64,000 nucleotides of DNA, taken from contig JBEWZL010000152.1 in NCBI GenBank assembly GCA_045837725.1, forward strand, positions 248,001 through 312,000, in the 5' to 3' direction. Shown here piece after piece: positions 35,910 through 49,035 of the stretch. The position numbers and the translations under genes were made by a program. The notes under the pieces were generated by a model. That model was given only the letters and a program-made list of their open reading frames with translations, did not search any database and had not been told where the DNA came from. Each line of letters begins with the position of its first letter. Position 1 is the first letter of the stretch. The stretch is from Vermamoeba vermiformis. Its lineage: Eukaryota.

Positions 35910-36003
35910 TACGCAATTTTATTCTCTTGTGGTCGTTAAATGAAAAAAATAATGACAAGATCGGGATCGAGAACTCAACAATATTAATTCGCCAAAAAAG
36001 GAT

Positions 36004-36589
36004 ATGAGCACCACACCCCTAACTACTTCAACATCTACTATAGTCCTTACATCGGACAATAACCCCGTAGTCAAGCTGCGGAAGAAGAAATCAGTAAAGT
36101 GGGAAGAAAATGTAATTGACAATGAAAATATGAACAAAAAAAAGTCTAAAAGTACGTATTAATTATTGATATTACGGACAGATATTTTAAGCACGTAATA
36201 ATGCTTGCCAACCAAGTTTCAGATGTACTTTTTTTCTCAATTTAATAGTAATTCGCTGTAATCCCGTCTCTCTCGTGAAATATCAATACTATATGCAATA
36301 ATGAATAATTAATACGGAAATATTCAAATCCAATGGCGGGAAAAAGAATCAGATCTCTAGCAGGATTATTTCATGAACGCCCAATGCGCTTAACACACGT
36401 GTAGCTTCATATTGGCAGGGTATTAATATAATTATACCAGAGTGTTGTATATTCGAGAAACAAAGAGCTTTTGACGAGAGTTCGAGCGACTCGTCGGATT
36501 CAGAAGACGAGCACCACGAGCATTGCGATCACTGCCACCACGATGACGAGAACAACGAACCATTGGACTCTAATAGTAACCAACAATAA
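36004..36589 (+). CDS. PPP1R11: Protein phosphatase 1 inhibitor-3 (PPP1R11/Ypi1)
   Basis: KKKSVKWEENVIDNENMNKKKSK|KCCIFEKQRAFDESSSDS carries the RVxF-type motif and the CCI[YF].K signature. Intron 36152-36440. Absent from the ORF track. Confidence 0.92.
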
Positions 36590-36708
36590 TATAGCAATGT
36601 TATGTACATATTTGAATGTAAAAACTCTTTCGAATTTTTGAAGCACCGGCGCAAACGATAAAATATTTCCTTCGTGAATTTGAACCAGATCTGGTGACCA
36701 CAATAACC

Positions 36709-37953
36709 ATGGAATATCAACCATTAGCAACGTTTGAACACTGGCCTGATTTGCCTTCTGATATTCAGCAAGACATCCTGCTGAAGTTGACGATCAAAGA
36801 TTTGCTTAGCTTCACTTCCTGCAGCAAATCACTGCTCGAAAAAATTAACAACAATAATTTATTATGGCGCACGTTGTATAATCAAAGAGCTGGAGCAAAC
36901 GATTTGAAAGCCAGTAACAATAATTCTGACTGGAAAAGACGCTTTCAAGAAATGTTTGAGAAGGTAAGATGATACTATATATGACCAATATTAGAATATA
37001 TTTTCAGATTTTTCTAATGCTAAAATCGAATTTCTGTTTGGGATCCGAACTTAGAATTCCACTTTTTAGGCACATCTTTGGACCTGCACTATATGCAAGG
37101 GCTTCCCTATCGCTAGCTATGCCTACAAATGCTGGTATTGCGAGGATTTCACGTGCTGCCAGACTTGTTATGAAAAACACGGTCATTTCAAAAATCACGT
37201 GCTGCTCAAGTACTACAATCGATTGGGCGGCAAGAGGATCAATTATAAGGTCGATAATCACGATAAAGACGATATTGTCAAGCCGAAGTGCGCTAAATGT
37301 ACTGTAGACTTGCTATATCCGACGAACAGAAGTGCTACGGATCGGCAGATCTACCTCTGTGACACGTGCTTGAAAGATCCAGAATACGCGAATCAAACTA
37401 TCTATCGTGTAGTAAATGCCGAGGTCGAGCTCGATAAGGACATGGAGGATGCGACAATTAACTGCATCGAGTGTCAGAATCGGTACCAAGTGGCCCCTGG
37501 CGCGGATGATTGGCCGCACCTTTGCTTGACCTGCAGAACGCCCTACAGCACCGGTGAGTTGTGCGCCAAGTGCTACTCGCTGAGTGCCGTTAAGGACAAG
37601 CACCAAGGCCACAACATCGTGCCAAGGCCAGCCCCGAACTACCACGCGTGTTTGTGTGATATTTGCAGATGGAGCATGCGGTATGGCGTGCGCTACAGAT
37701 GCTCGGTAAGTCGATTCGCTCAATACCAAACTACTTACTTGGCTTATGCTCAACTGTCTTATAGGTGTGCTACGACTACGACTTTTGCCAGACTTGTGAA
37801 CCACTTGCCATCGAGCACTTTGAAGGCACGCACCCCATGATGGTCATCCATCAGCAGCCTCAGCGCAGACACGTCCAGTGGTGCCGTGGCGATGAAGAGT
37901 CAGACTTAGGGTCTGACTATGAGTCCATGGGCGAGATCATGTACACGGACTAG
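36709..37953 (+). CDS. F-box protein with ZZ-type zinc fingers
   Basis: F-box WPDLPSDIQQDILLKL...CSK...LLWR. ZZ fingers CTIC...YKCWYCEDFTCCQTCY...H..H and CDIC...GVRYRCS|VCYDYDFCQTCE...H...H. Confidence 0.85.
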
Positions 37954-38334
37954 ACCAATGAGCCACCAGTAAAATGATTCGGAATGTTTAGTATGTACGA
38001 TACAATCATAATTTGTGACCGGATTAATGTTACTTGTGCAATAAAGCTCGTCTACGTACCGAAAAGAATGTGCGGAAAGCTTGCGAACGGAGTTTTTATG
38101 ACACTTGATCCGATCGGTAAAAGTACTTAGCGAACGGACAACCGGCGCCTTAAACATTGTATTTTGCCTCCAGAATGACAATAGAACGCTATTCGACTGT
38201 ATATAATCATAATTGCTCCGCAAGGAGACGGAGCTCCGAAACGGAATTTTGGGTTGGGTCCCGCTTCTTCCTTTTCTTGGTTACCTTTTTAATGTGTGCA
38301 TATCTGTTAACACAATAACACAAATTAACACTAA

Positions 38335-39609
38335 ATGTCGAATTGGGTAGCATTTGCAGTGATGGGCGTGCTGTTCGGTAAGATTCGACAGGATGTCTTA
38401 AACAGCCAAGCAGAGGAACCTGTTAACTGACGTCGATTAAAGCTAAATATTTATAATAATATTTGACGGTAATAAAAGTACTTAATGGCCTTGTTATTAT
38501 AATTTTAGTGCCCAATCTGATTTTAATTTTAAATTAGGCATGGTCATGGTCGACTTACAGTTCGATCACTATTCAATTATTGATGCCAACCCAACAGAGC
38601 AACAAATCAAATCAGCGATATCTTATTATCAGAACATTGAACTGCAACCATTACCTTACAACGCAATTATACCCGGTTTGATCCTTATCTTCGCGATTGA
38701 TTTTGCTATTCGATTGGCCAAACATAAGCGCTTACCTGATTTTATTACCTTATGTAAGTAATATTAAGACCAAGATCATTTCAAAACAAATATCGGCACG
38801 ATTGAAATCCGATCTAAAAAATTCTTAACCTCGCTTCACTATTTGCCTCTTGCTTATTCTATGATTGAATATGATCTAATCGTATTAATTAATTGTATTA
38901 TAGTCCTTTTGATCGCTGCTGTTGGATCTTTCGCCGTTACTTTGATGACACGCGCCAAATTGGTAGAATCGACTGATTACAAACAGCAAAAAGAGCTCGT
39001 TAAAGTAGTTGGTAAGCACCATAATCACCTATTATGCTCAAACGCCGTTCAAAGTTGAAGTTTTAATGTCACTTATATTTTTAATAGAGCATTTATCGAT
39101 ATCCATTTTTCAATATCGATATCGATCCATTTGCTACTTTGATATCGATAAATATCGATTCAGCAGGGTCTATATTAAAAATTTAGCTGCGTCGCGCAAG
39201 CGCGACGCAATATAATATAGATAGTGTATAAACACATATATTTCATATACTATGGAGGGGCCTGAAAAAGAAGGGCTGTATGCTCTTACAAACAAGCATT
39301 ACCTCACTCAGGCTTACTGCTAAGGAGTGCCCCCTCTCCCTGCTATTTAAGTGAAACGATATTTTTGATATCAAACACAATATCGATATCGGACACCCTG
39401 ATATCGATATCGATATATCGATACTTTAGCAATGCACTAATTTTTAAAACTGGATTTGTAAAGGTTACTATAGGACTAATTAATCTTCTATAGCTTACTC
39501 GCATACTCCACAAATCGTTTTGATCCCTATTGGAATTATTCTTCAATTGTGGTCGCAGAAACTTGGTTACGCAGCAAAAGCTACTGCAGATCAGAAGAAA
39601 CGTGCTTAA
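38335..39609 (+). CDS. Shr3-like small four-TM ER membrane protein
   Basis: Spliced MSNWVAFAVMGVLF|GMVMVDLQFD...AISYYQ...|...ELVKVV|AYSHTPQIVLIPIGIILQ...KKRA*. Layout resembles the Shr3 family as recalled; C-terminal KKxx ER-retrieval signal. Confidence 0.55.
39085..39439. mobile_element. Non-autonomous hAT-type MITE in intron 39012-39493
   Basis: Termini TAGAGCATT...AATGCACTA (9-bp TIR, one mismatch). Perfect 8-bp TSD ATTTTTAA at 39077-39084 and 39440-39447. Clustered subterminal ATATCGAT repeats at both ends; no ORF. Confidence 0.8.
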
Positions 39610-40117
39610 ACACTTCTCATGCTTGCGTACGTAAGCCTATTGTTTAATTTGTTAAGTAAACCTCAGCTAGCATTATAAAATAATGAACGGTACGTTTTTC
39701 GTCAACTTCTTTAAAGCGACCTGAGGAGAACCTGAAAGGACCATGATACTCGGCATTAAGAGTAGAAGGTGAAAAGAGAGAGGCACAATATAAAGCTCTA
39801 CCCCGCATACTTGGCCTATCACAACATAGCATACCAAAACAAAATGACAGTGTCAAAATCAAAATGTCAAAGTCCGCATTAATTGTACGAATTCATCAGA
39901 GTCTATAATTGCTGTGAATGGCTTCATACATATGACTGAAGATTTATCTAAACTTCGTGTGAGTTGGGTTCTATCTTGTAACTCCTTATCTGACCTCGAA
40001 AGAACCTACAGCAACACCAAATTTATGCGTAATAATGTTTCAAGCGCTGATCTAATAATATGATTATTTTATTACATGACATGATGTTAAGCGCTTGAAA
40101 CATTAAGGCAATTATTT

Positions 40118-43100
40118 TTAATCTTCCCATTCTTGTTCCCAATCGTCTTCTTTCTCGTTCTTCCAGTCCTCGCCTTCAATGGCCATTCTTCGCGCAACAA
40201 TTTGTTCCATGCCCCAAGTGTTTGACGGCGCAGCTTTAGGCTTCTCGATCGGTCGATCCGACACTTTCTTCAAGTTGAATTTTCCTCCCTTAATAGCGTT
40301 CATAGTCTCAGCTTGAACGTCGATATTAGCAGGCTTCTTTGGAACGTTATCGACCTTCTTAAGACGAGCTAAGCCAGATCCAAGTTCCGCGATCAGATCT
40401 CCTCCAGAGGCACCTTGATCCGATGATCCAGAGTCAGTAACTGTCACCTTAGGAGCCTTTTCGGTCTTGAGCATAGGAGGAGGTGGTGGCGGGGCAGAAG
40501 GACTAACATTATCGTTAGTATACATTATCCTATGAAAAGTTTTTGCGTGTCAAAGTACGTACCCTCCGATAGGTGGTGGTGGCGGAGCAACTGGTGCGGG
40601 AGCATCAACGGCCGCTGATTAACGTTCATTAGTACCTCGATGATAGATTGATTGAATAAATGTCAAAACTTACGCTCTTCATTGTACTGCGCACTTGACA
40701 CTTCGACAGCACGAGGCGTGAGTGGCACTGGGTCATCACCATTGGCAGTGGCCACGAGTGCCATCAAGAACTTCTCAACTGACACGTGTACGTTATCGAC
40801 GTAAGGCTCAAGAATATCCAACACGCCCAAACCCTAAAGAAGTGCATATTAGACACGTGTCAAGTGTCACTTTACATGCGCTAAAACATACGTCAATGAA
40901 GTACTTCAAGTCTTTGCAAGCGTTCAAGCAAGTGTCAACGCGAGCACGAATTCGGTTGACAAGGATTTCAGGGCTAATGCGTTGGTTTTGGAACTCTTCA
41001 ATGTTGACAGATTGAGGGGTTTCGCTTAACTCGACGAACTTCAAGGACTACACAACGACCGTTAGTATTCCAATTCAGTTACGTTTATATCTCATTTAAT
41101 ACTTACCTCGGGGTCACCAATGACTGACAATTGATAGTCCAAGTAGACATCGGGGTAGAAAGTTGAAGGCGTGATAACATATGGGTACGGGCTAGGATCA
41201 AAGTCAACGACGCAACTCACTACAAAGCAATTAGATTAGCATGAATCCATTGATAATATGATGCCTTCGTGCTACTCACCGTCACGAGACTGTTCGAAGT
41301 TGGCCTTGGCAATCAAGTCTGCAGAGTCAGTAGTCTTGGGCAAGCCGTTCTCATCACTGTTTGTGACGTAGAAACCAACAGCTGCGTATTCGTCGGGATT
41401 GGCAACTTCAACGTTAGGCGATTGCACGAGTACAATGCACAGCCTACGCAAGAGTTAGTTTACGAATGACACTTTGACACGATCAATGTTCAACACGTAC
41501 TTGACGGGTTGTTTAACGAGCAAGAAATAACGAGGGTTAGTCAACCAGCGCTCGTGATCGTTGATGCAACCACCAGCTGATTTAGCGTCCCATTTGCCCT
41601 ATGAACAAAGGTGTTAGCAATCGCGGCACGTGACGGTACCTTTAAGATAATGAGGTCCTTACCAATTTAGTCAAGAAGGCTTGCTCGATAGCGTTCATCT
41701 TAACAGCGGGGGTCTCGCTGTAGACAGTCACAGTGAACGGTGACTCTTGGCCAGGAGCAAATGTTGAAGTGACAATGTTGTAGTCACCGGGCTCAGCGTC
41801 AAAATTGACGAGAACTTCGCTGCCCTTTCTGAAAGCACCCTTCTTGATGATGTCTTTAGGCTCCATCTCAACGGTACGACCTCCATCAACTACAAAAAAT
41901 CAAAAGTTAGCGTCAAGTTGCTGTTGGACACCGCCGAACTCGTCACTTACAAGGTGCTTTGACGAGGTAGAAACCAATGCTGAGATCGTTCTTCTCCTTG
42001 TCTTTGTCCTTCTTGTCCTTGTCCTTTGATTTCTCCTTGACAGGCACGCTCACTGACAACCAAGCGTTGCCGCGTTCTCTAAATTGCAAGCTGAATTGCG
42101 GGTTGTTACGCCATGTGGAATGGTTCAAACAGCCACCAGCAGTGATGCCTTTCCACTCTCCCTTAGCCTCAACAGTAGTGAAGATATCGGGCAATGGCGT
42201 TAATGTCACGACTTCAGTGAAATCTCCGGGGAACTTGGAGAAGATCGAGAAGCTGAAGTTAGCTTCTTGGCCTGGCTTAAATGTGCAAGGCACGACGATA
42301 TAACCGTTCTCGTTAGGCTCAAAGTGTTGAGTCAAGATCACTATAAAGATAACAGGTTAATACGTAGCAATGTTAAAAAGATCCGGATCCAATCTGATCT
42401 ACTCTACAGTACGTACTGTCACGAATGGTAGCAAATCCAGCCTTAGCGACAATGTCATCCTTAGTCACAGTCAATCTGCGCTTGCCTGAGCCTTTAACGA
42501 TGTAAAAACCGATCGATTGGAACTTGCCACCAGCGCCTTCAGATTGACGCAGACGGAAGTCGAGATCAATGGGTTGATTGACAGTCATCAAGAACTGCGG
42601 GTTATTGCGCCACGTGAAAGGATGGTTCAAACAGCCTCCTGCTGTCTTGCCCTTCCATTCACCTTGCACGGAGAGTTCCTTAGCATTGGTCAACTCGTCC
42701 ATTTGGATGTCCTTAGTGCTCCACAAGTACAAAGTGAAACTCGATTCCCTGTGAAATAAGGGAATTAATGACTATAGCTAAGGGATGATAGGCGATATAA
42801 TGATATTTTCAAGGTTGCAAGCTGGATCCAAGTTAATGAAACTTACTTGGCAGGATCGAAAGTACACGGGACGACAACATATTTGCCAGGAGTTAATTCG
42901 ATTTCAGCACCGCCTATATTGAATGTTAAGTCAGTACTTTACCGTTCGTTCTAACTGAATATCTCCATTAAATTTGCCAAATTTAGCTTTTTCAATTGAA
43001 AGATATTGTAAATGCTTGAAAGTTTCAGAAAAGGCGTCGGTATTAAACTTACAATCGGTAGGACTAGCGAACTTTCCCTTAAGAATAATGTCGTCATTCT

Positions 43101-46100
43101 TGACTGTAATCAACTTCTGCGTTGCGCCTTCAGTTTTAATGATGTAGAACGAGATCGGATCGAAATCTTCTTCCTCTTCTTGCAAAAGTAAGGCATCGAG
43201 CTTAGTCTTGTCCTGTACTGTAAGCAAGTATTGAGGATTGTTTAAGAACGTTGCGTAGTTCTTGCATCCACCGGCAGTTTCTTCTTTCCATTCACCCTGG
43301 ATTGCAAGTTACGCTGTTAATTAATGCACATAGATGTGTATTAAAAATTATTACTGAAATCCCGTATCAATTCAATTGAATTGTGAGTCACAAACGTAAA
43401 TCGGTGGAGATCCGAACATTTCTAAAATTAGCGAGATCCAACCAGATTTTTTTAAAAAGTGCGCCAAATTATTTGTGCACAATTAATTAAGCAATAAGAT
43501 TTGCTACTTGCCTTAATAACATGAGAGTTCCATTCGTGTTCTTTGCCGTTTCTTTGAAGCGTGACATCGCTGCTCGCGACCACACTCAAAGTGAAACCTT
43601 TTTCCTCACCAGGAGTGAACGTGCACGGTAATATGACGTAAGGGGCTTTAGTAGGTGCCAACGAGATTTCAAGGGTGGCTATAGAAATACATAAATTAAT
43701 TATCAAACTGTTTGTGTACTGTCGCGGATGTGACACTTGCCTTTCGCCGTGTTCGTGAACGATGCTTTGGCTTCAATGAAATCCTCGGGATCCTCTCCGA
43801 GATATACAACTTGCTTGTCTAAACAACAATGATTTAGTTTCGCTTCACTGAAGGCGGATTTGAATCCCGCCAGACAGATTCAGAAACTTACTTGCGTGCT
43901 TCGGCTTAATAACGTAGAAGCCAATGGAAGAGAAGTTGTTCTTGCCTTCTTGCGTCAAAGTAATGACGATTTTAGTCTGTTGCTTGACGGTCAAGAAGTA
44001 TTGGGGATTGTTGCGCCACGACTGGTGATTGAAGCAGCCACCAGCACTCTTGCCCTTCCATTGACCTTGCATAACGATGTCTGAGCCAGTAAAAGGACCA
44101 ACATCTTCAACGAAAGCATCACCGCCTTCTCTGCGAGGAGTCACCAAGGAAGGACGAGGAGATTTGGCACCAGATGCGGCGAGTTGGGACTTGAGCGATT
44201 CAACTAGCTTAGTGAGCTCATCGACTTGTTGTTGTGATGCCGCGTATTTGGCGGTCAATTCTTCGACTTTCTTAGTATCTGCAGCTGAGGATTCGGATCT
44301 GTCTCTTCGCGAGGATCTTTTCCTTCTTATCGCGGCTAGATTTGTCTTTATCTATGCATAACCGATTTAAGTACTTCTGACTTAAATAAAATCAAGCAAT
44401 ATACTTCTCTCAAAGAGAATTGAAAAATAATTCAGATCGCGTGTACTGGCCTTCAAACGATCTCTAATCCAATATGTATTTCCGCAATTAAATGACTTAC
44501 GCTTTTCCTTCTTCTCTGGGTCCTTGGAAGAAGCTGCAGGCTCGTCCTTGGGCTTATCAGTGGCTGCAGTAGCGGCGTACGCATCCAAGCTGATCTTAGG
44601 GCGGGTTGACGGACGAGGAGGCAGGTCAGGCTTAGCAGCAGGAGCTGTTACCTCGGGCTTGACTTCTTCTTTAGGCTCAGGTTCATCGGCTAAGCAATTT
44701 AAAATAAGGTTAAGAAGGTTAGCGAAGTAAGATCCACGTCGATCAAAAAATTAATTGTACTTGTCCGACCTAATAAGGCCAAATGAGATATGTGGTTGTA
44801 AATCGATGGAAGGATGTATAATATGTATATTACTTACCTCGACCAGGAACACGGATCTTCTTGTTGGTGTAAACGTTGAACTTGAACTTAGCCTCATTAG
44901 CAGGCTCAAAAGTGCATCCAATAATCGAGTAGTGACCAGGCTCCAAGTCACCGCGAACATTAGATTCACTAGTATCCTCGAATTGAGACTTCAAGATGAT
45001 ATTCTTTGACAAGATCTTGGTCACGTCATTCGCATCTGGTTCAAAAAGAGAGTCGATGAGCCATTAATATTCAATCGTAATAATATATATGTTTAATAAC
45101 GATATTTAGCTTATGAGCGCCACAAATTAGCCAACCGAATGAAAAGATTTTGAAATGAATTATGAAGCGACAAAATTTCCATGTAGCACGTAAATGGTTA
45201 ATACAAAGGTTGAAATATTATATCATAGTATATCGTACCTTCAGCCTTCAATACATAAATACCGAGCTGATTGAAGTCTTCCTTTTGAGTTTGAGACAGC
45301 ACGAAAATAGCGTGAGTTGGTTCTAAGACTTCGATATGGAATTGAGGGTTGTACTTGAACGTAGAATGATTTTTGCAGCCTCCTGCACGAGCACCGGCCC
45401 ATTCGCCCTATTATAATTAATTATTAGAAGGCACGATGGTCGGGAGATGAAAATATTTGTTACGGAATATCAGGTATTTTATCGTAAGCATTTAAAAATA
45501 TTATGAAGCGCCGTATAATACTATTTTCTTGAAATTGCAATGTAATTCACAATGATAAGCGTAATTTTATGCAGAGTCTAGGTAGTTACGAAGCTGTTAA
45601 ATTCGTATAGTGATACTTACCTCGAATTCGGTATCTCTATAATCTTTTTTAGCATCCAAATCCGTAAGAGTACCAGCAGTAGTGGTCAATTTGAAATTGC
45701 CACTCGTTTTGGGATCGAAAATGCAAGGGACGACGTTATAAAGGCCAGCCTCCAAATCAAAAGCAGAAGATACTATTAAAAAGGATATTGAGCAAATGTT
45801 CGCGATTAAAAGAGTTAACTGACATGATCTGGCTCAAAATTTAAATTTCAAATATTATTTTTAATATTTTACCTGTCTTCATGCTCTTGAAACCACTCTT
45901 GCCAACTTGAGCATCCTTCAAAATACTTCGTTTGCCGTCTACAAAAAATTAATCAATAATTATGGACCCAAAATATGAAAAGATTACGTCAAGATTTTTG
46001 ATATCAACCAACAAATATCTGCAGTGGAAATTAGGCAATAAATTAAATTATAATAATACGATTATTATTTTGCTAATTATAAATACAAACCTTCGGATTT

Positions 46101-46339
46101 CAAGACATAAAAGCCGATGTGGTTGTCCTCTTGCTGCGTCAGTTCCAAAGTTACTTTTGCCTTAGAAGACAGATTCAATACGAACTGTGGGTTGTTTCTC
46201 CACGTAGGGTGATTGAAACAACCGCCAGCAGTACGACCCTTCCAAGATCCCTAGATGAAGCACGTTGTCAATACCTACACCTCTTATAACCCCGTTTGCA
46301 CGTGCAATTATTATGATAGTATACCTTAACTTCAGTCAT
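40118..46339 (-). CDS. Seven tandem calpain domain-III (CBSW/C2L) repeats plus C-terminal polyproline-WH2-WH2-C-A
   Basis: Seven GxW...AGGCxN....xxNPxF/Y motifs (~46250, 45400, 44060, 43290, 42660, 42160, 41590), each followed by a [VI][VIL]PxTF-type strand. No CysPc catalytic motif. Tail: PPPPPP..GDLIAELGSGLARLKKV..TMNAIKGGKFNLKKVS..MEQIVARRMAI..EDDWEQEWED*. Confidence 0.88.
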
Positions 46340-48503
46340 GGTGCTCTTTGTCGCTAAAAAAATGTTGGTAAGTCCAGTCAAACTCTGAACTTTCCTCGTC
46401 GAACAAAGTTTCACGTGCGAACACACATGCGCATAAATATTCGGGGCTTGTGGACTTCCTACAAGTTCTGTTCTCGCGTCAAACGCACAACACCGCTGCG
46501 TTGTCAATGGTATAACACAGTCGTTCCATTCCTCGAGCTGCAGATCGTGGTGACGTCAGGTGGATTGGACGCGCGTTATACACCTTTGTTGTATGTGCTC
46601 GTACGACAGTAATGTTTGCGAAACGGTAAATTAGTTGCGTCATTGTGCGAATTGTTAATACCCAGCACAACCACAAACAGCACAGTAACTCTCAACAAGT
46701 CTGACAGACAAGATCTGGGATGGCGCCATCCAAGATCGGTAAGTGTCATGAGGGACTCAAAAATAATCTGCTATATCCTCAAATATATAAATATTAATTT
46801 ATAAATACAATTTCGCAAGAATTACGAGCAAGTTGCACAGAAAGAATATTATTAAGAAAAATATCGTATCCGGGGCGTAAAAGATTACGTAACTCTTTTA
46901 CAACAGAAACACCCGTTAATTGTCAATTACTTGCGTGCTAATATTAAATAATAGGATTCAATCCTTATTGGTCAGGAGATTGAGGCCTCCGGTTTCCTCA
47001 CTACCACAACGTCGCCTTCACAGATTTGGTCGGCAACTACTACAACATCAAGCCTGATCCACTAGGGATATGCTTCCGCGTCCGTTGATTCCTAATGGCT
47101 CTACCTACGTGCTGCGTTCAGAACGGGTCTGTTACATACAGAAGACAAGTCCACCCCGGATGAGTAGATCTTGCTCATTGATGGTTCGTATTACATGATA
47201 AGAGACCCAGTGGGTGTCGGTTGATAAAAAATAATCATGAAGCGAAATCTAACACCTTGTTAAATCTTAAAATTGGTAATTTTGCATAATACCTAAATTT
47301 GGTAAAGTTAAAATTAGCATTTATCATTAGCAAACCAGGTTCGAACTAATTAACGTTGATTTTTAGTATCATGAATATAAGCTCGTGGTTGGAGGAAGTA
47401 TGACCGCTTTTTTTTCCTCAACGCTCGCTTGATCTGGATCTTTTGGTGAACGGTTGTGTTTTTGAATTCCATCTGGCCCGGAATTGAAATCTTCTTACTT
47501 CTGTGGTTTCTCCGTATTAGTTTCAATACTCTATTGGATGCCCTGCTTTAAAGCATTGTAGCTTGCACAGGAATTTTGTGAACTCACATTGCTTGCCCTT
47601 TACCAGATCTGCATGGATATTCCCCGTTCAACGCAGGAGAATGTTATTATAGGCAGACATGTCCGTCGAGTCCGAGACCTACGTTTTCTACTCGCAGATC
47701 TTGCCGACAAAGTTGGCATCCACCACGAATGTGGCCTACGAAAGGAGGAATCGAAAGGAACGATAGTTGGCAGAACGGACAACCTTTGGAATCATTAAAT
47801 CAGCTTAATCATAATGATCCGCTATGCGAGCTGCGGCAATCAGAAACTTGAATCGATAAGCTGAGGAATCAACGTATATGTAACGCCAAGCACCTGCTCA
47901 TACTACTAATATGATAGTACATGCATGCCGTCGGAGTGTGGACTAAACAAGAGGACTTTAAATACGTTGCACAATCGACGCGCGTAATTGATAAGCCATC
48001 AAACTTCAGTACCAGCGGCAATAGAGTCAATCTTACGCACGTATTTGTTCGAACGCATCGATGGTGAAATGGAACTTTCAGAAATAGAGCCGAATTTAAT
48101 AGTTTATGGATACTTCCCGCATAATCGAATTTGGAATTACGGAAATGATCAAAAGTTACCGTTTGAAGCAGAAGTTTAATCAGCAACTCGGCAGCAATTC
48201 AAATGATTTACGACTTTATTTTCACCGCGGCAACGGCGTTCTTTTAGTGATAGATACACTCGGTATAGATTGAATCTTGACCTACCCCACGGAATCACTT
48301 AATAGGCGAATTACGTTTTTGCGTATTCTTCCTAGTAAGTTAGGAAGAAGATGATTGGCGGTTAAGTGTCAGCGCACAAGGTCACGTGTAGATTTTTTCA
48401 GACATGTCAAAGATGTCACGAACGAAAACTATAAAAAGGTAAGCTGGCGGCTGGCTTCCACTTTTATTCACTTCAAACCCACTCTCAACAACACTTCTTC
48501 AAC

Positions 48504-49035
48504 ATGAACAAGATTTTGATCGTCGCTGCCATCGTTGCAGTTCGTAAGTAACTCCACATCCTTTAGTTGCACGCGTTTTATAGTATTTATTTACTTCTTT
48601 TACTAACGGCAATATTCCCTAGTTGCCACCGCCGCTTTTGCTCAAAGCTGCAACACCGATAGCGCCACCAAGTGCGCCAATGACTACAACTCTTGCGTCC
48701 TTGCTGCTGGTACCAACGTCAACGCTATCTGCGCTTGCTACGGTCCTTACTTCGCTTGCCTCCGTAACATCAACTGCTTGACCGATTCTCAATACAACTC
48801 CATCAAGGTAAGTGTCAGTTGCTCATGTTTAAAGTTGTGCTTCCCGCAGATGAACATCCGTTGCGGTTGATTTACTTTGCGTCGTTAAAATGATTGAAGT
48901 GATTTAACATTGAACTAACATCTTATACAGCAAACTTGCACTCAAGCCGGTTGCACTGCCGCTCAATGCAGCTCCGCCGTCTCCATCTCTGGTGTTTTCG
49001 GTTTGTTCGTCGCCGCTGTTGCCGCTTTCTTCTAA
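48504..49035 (+). CDS. Small secreted 10-Cys protein with GPI-type tail (paralog 1)
   Basis: MNKILIVAAIVAV|LATAAFAQSCNTDSATKC...NAICACYG...|QTCTQAGCTAAQCSSAVSISGVFGLFVAAVAAFF*; two introns. Confidence 0.85.

Noticed and set aside
39085-39439. CRISPR-like array from the ATATCGAT repeats
   Set aside because: Units are short and irregular, without spacer periodicity, in a eukaryotic intron; better explained as transposon subterminal repeats.
40118-46339. Annotation as an active calpain protease
   Set aside because: No CysPc domain or QGxLGDCW motif; the gene begins MTEVK directly before the first domain-III repeat.
46700-48240. Possible gene or ncRNA in the gap upstream of the calpain-III gene
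   Set aside because: Only short interrupted ORFs and a few splice-like signals; no recognisable protein or RNA motif. It may be a decayed gene, but this cannot be supported.
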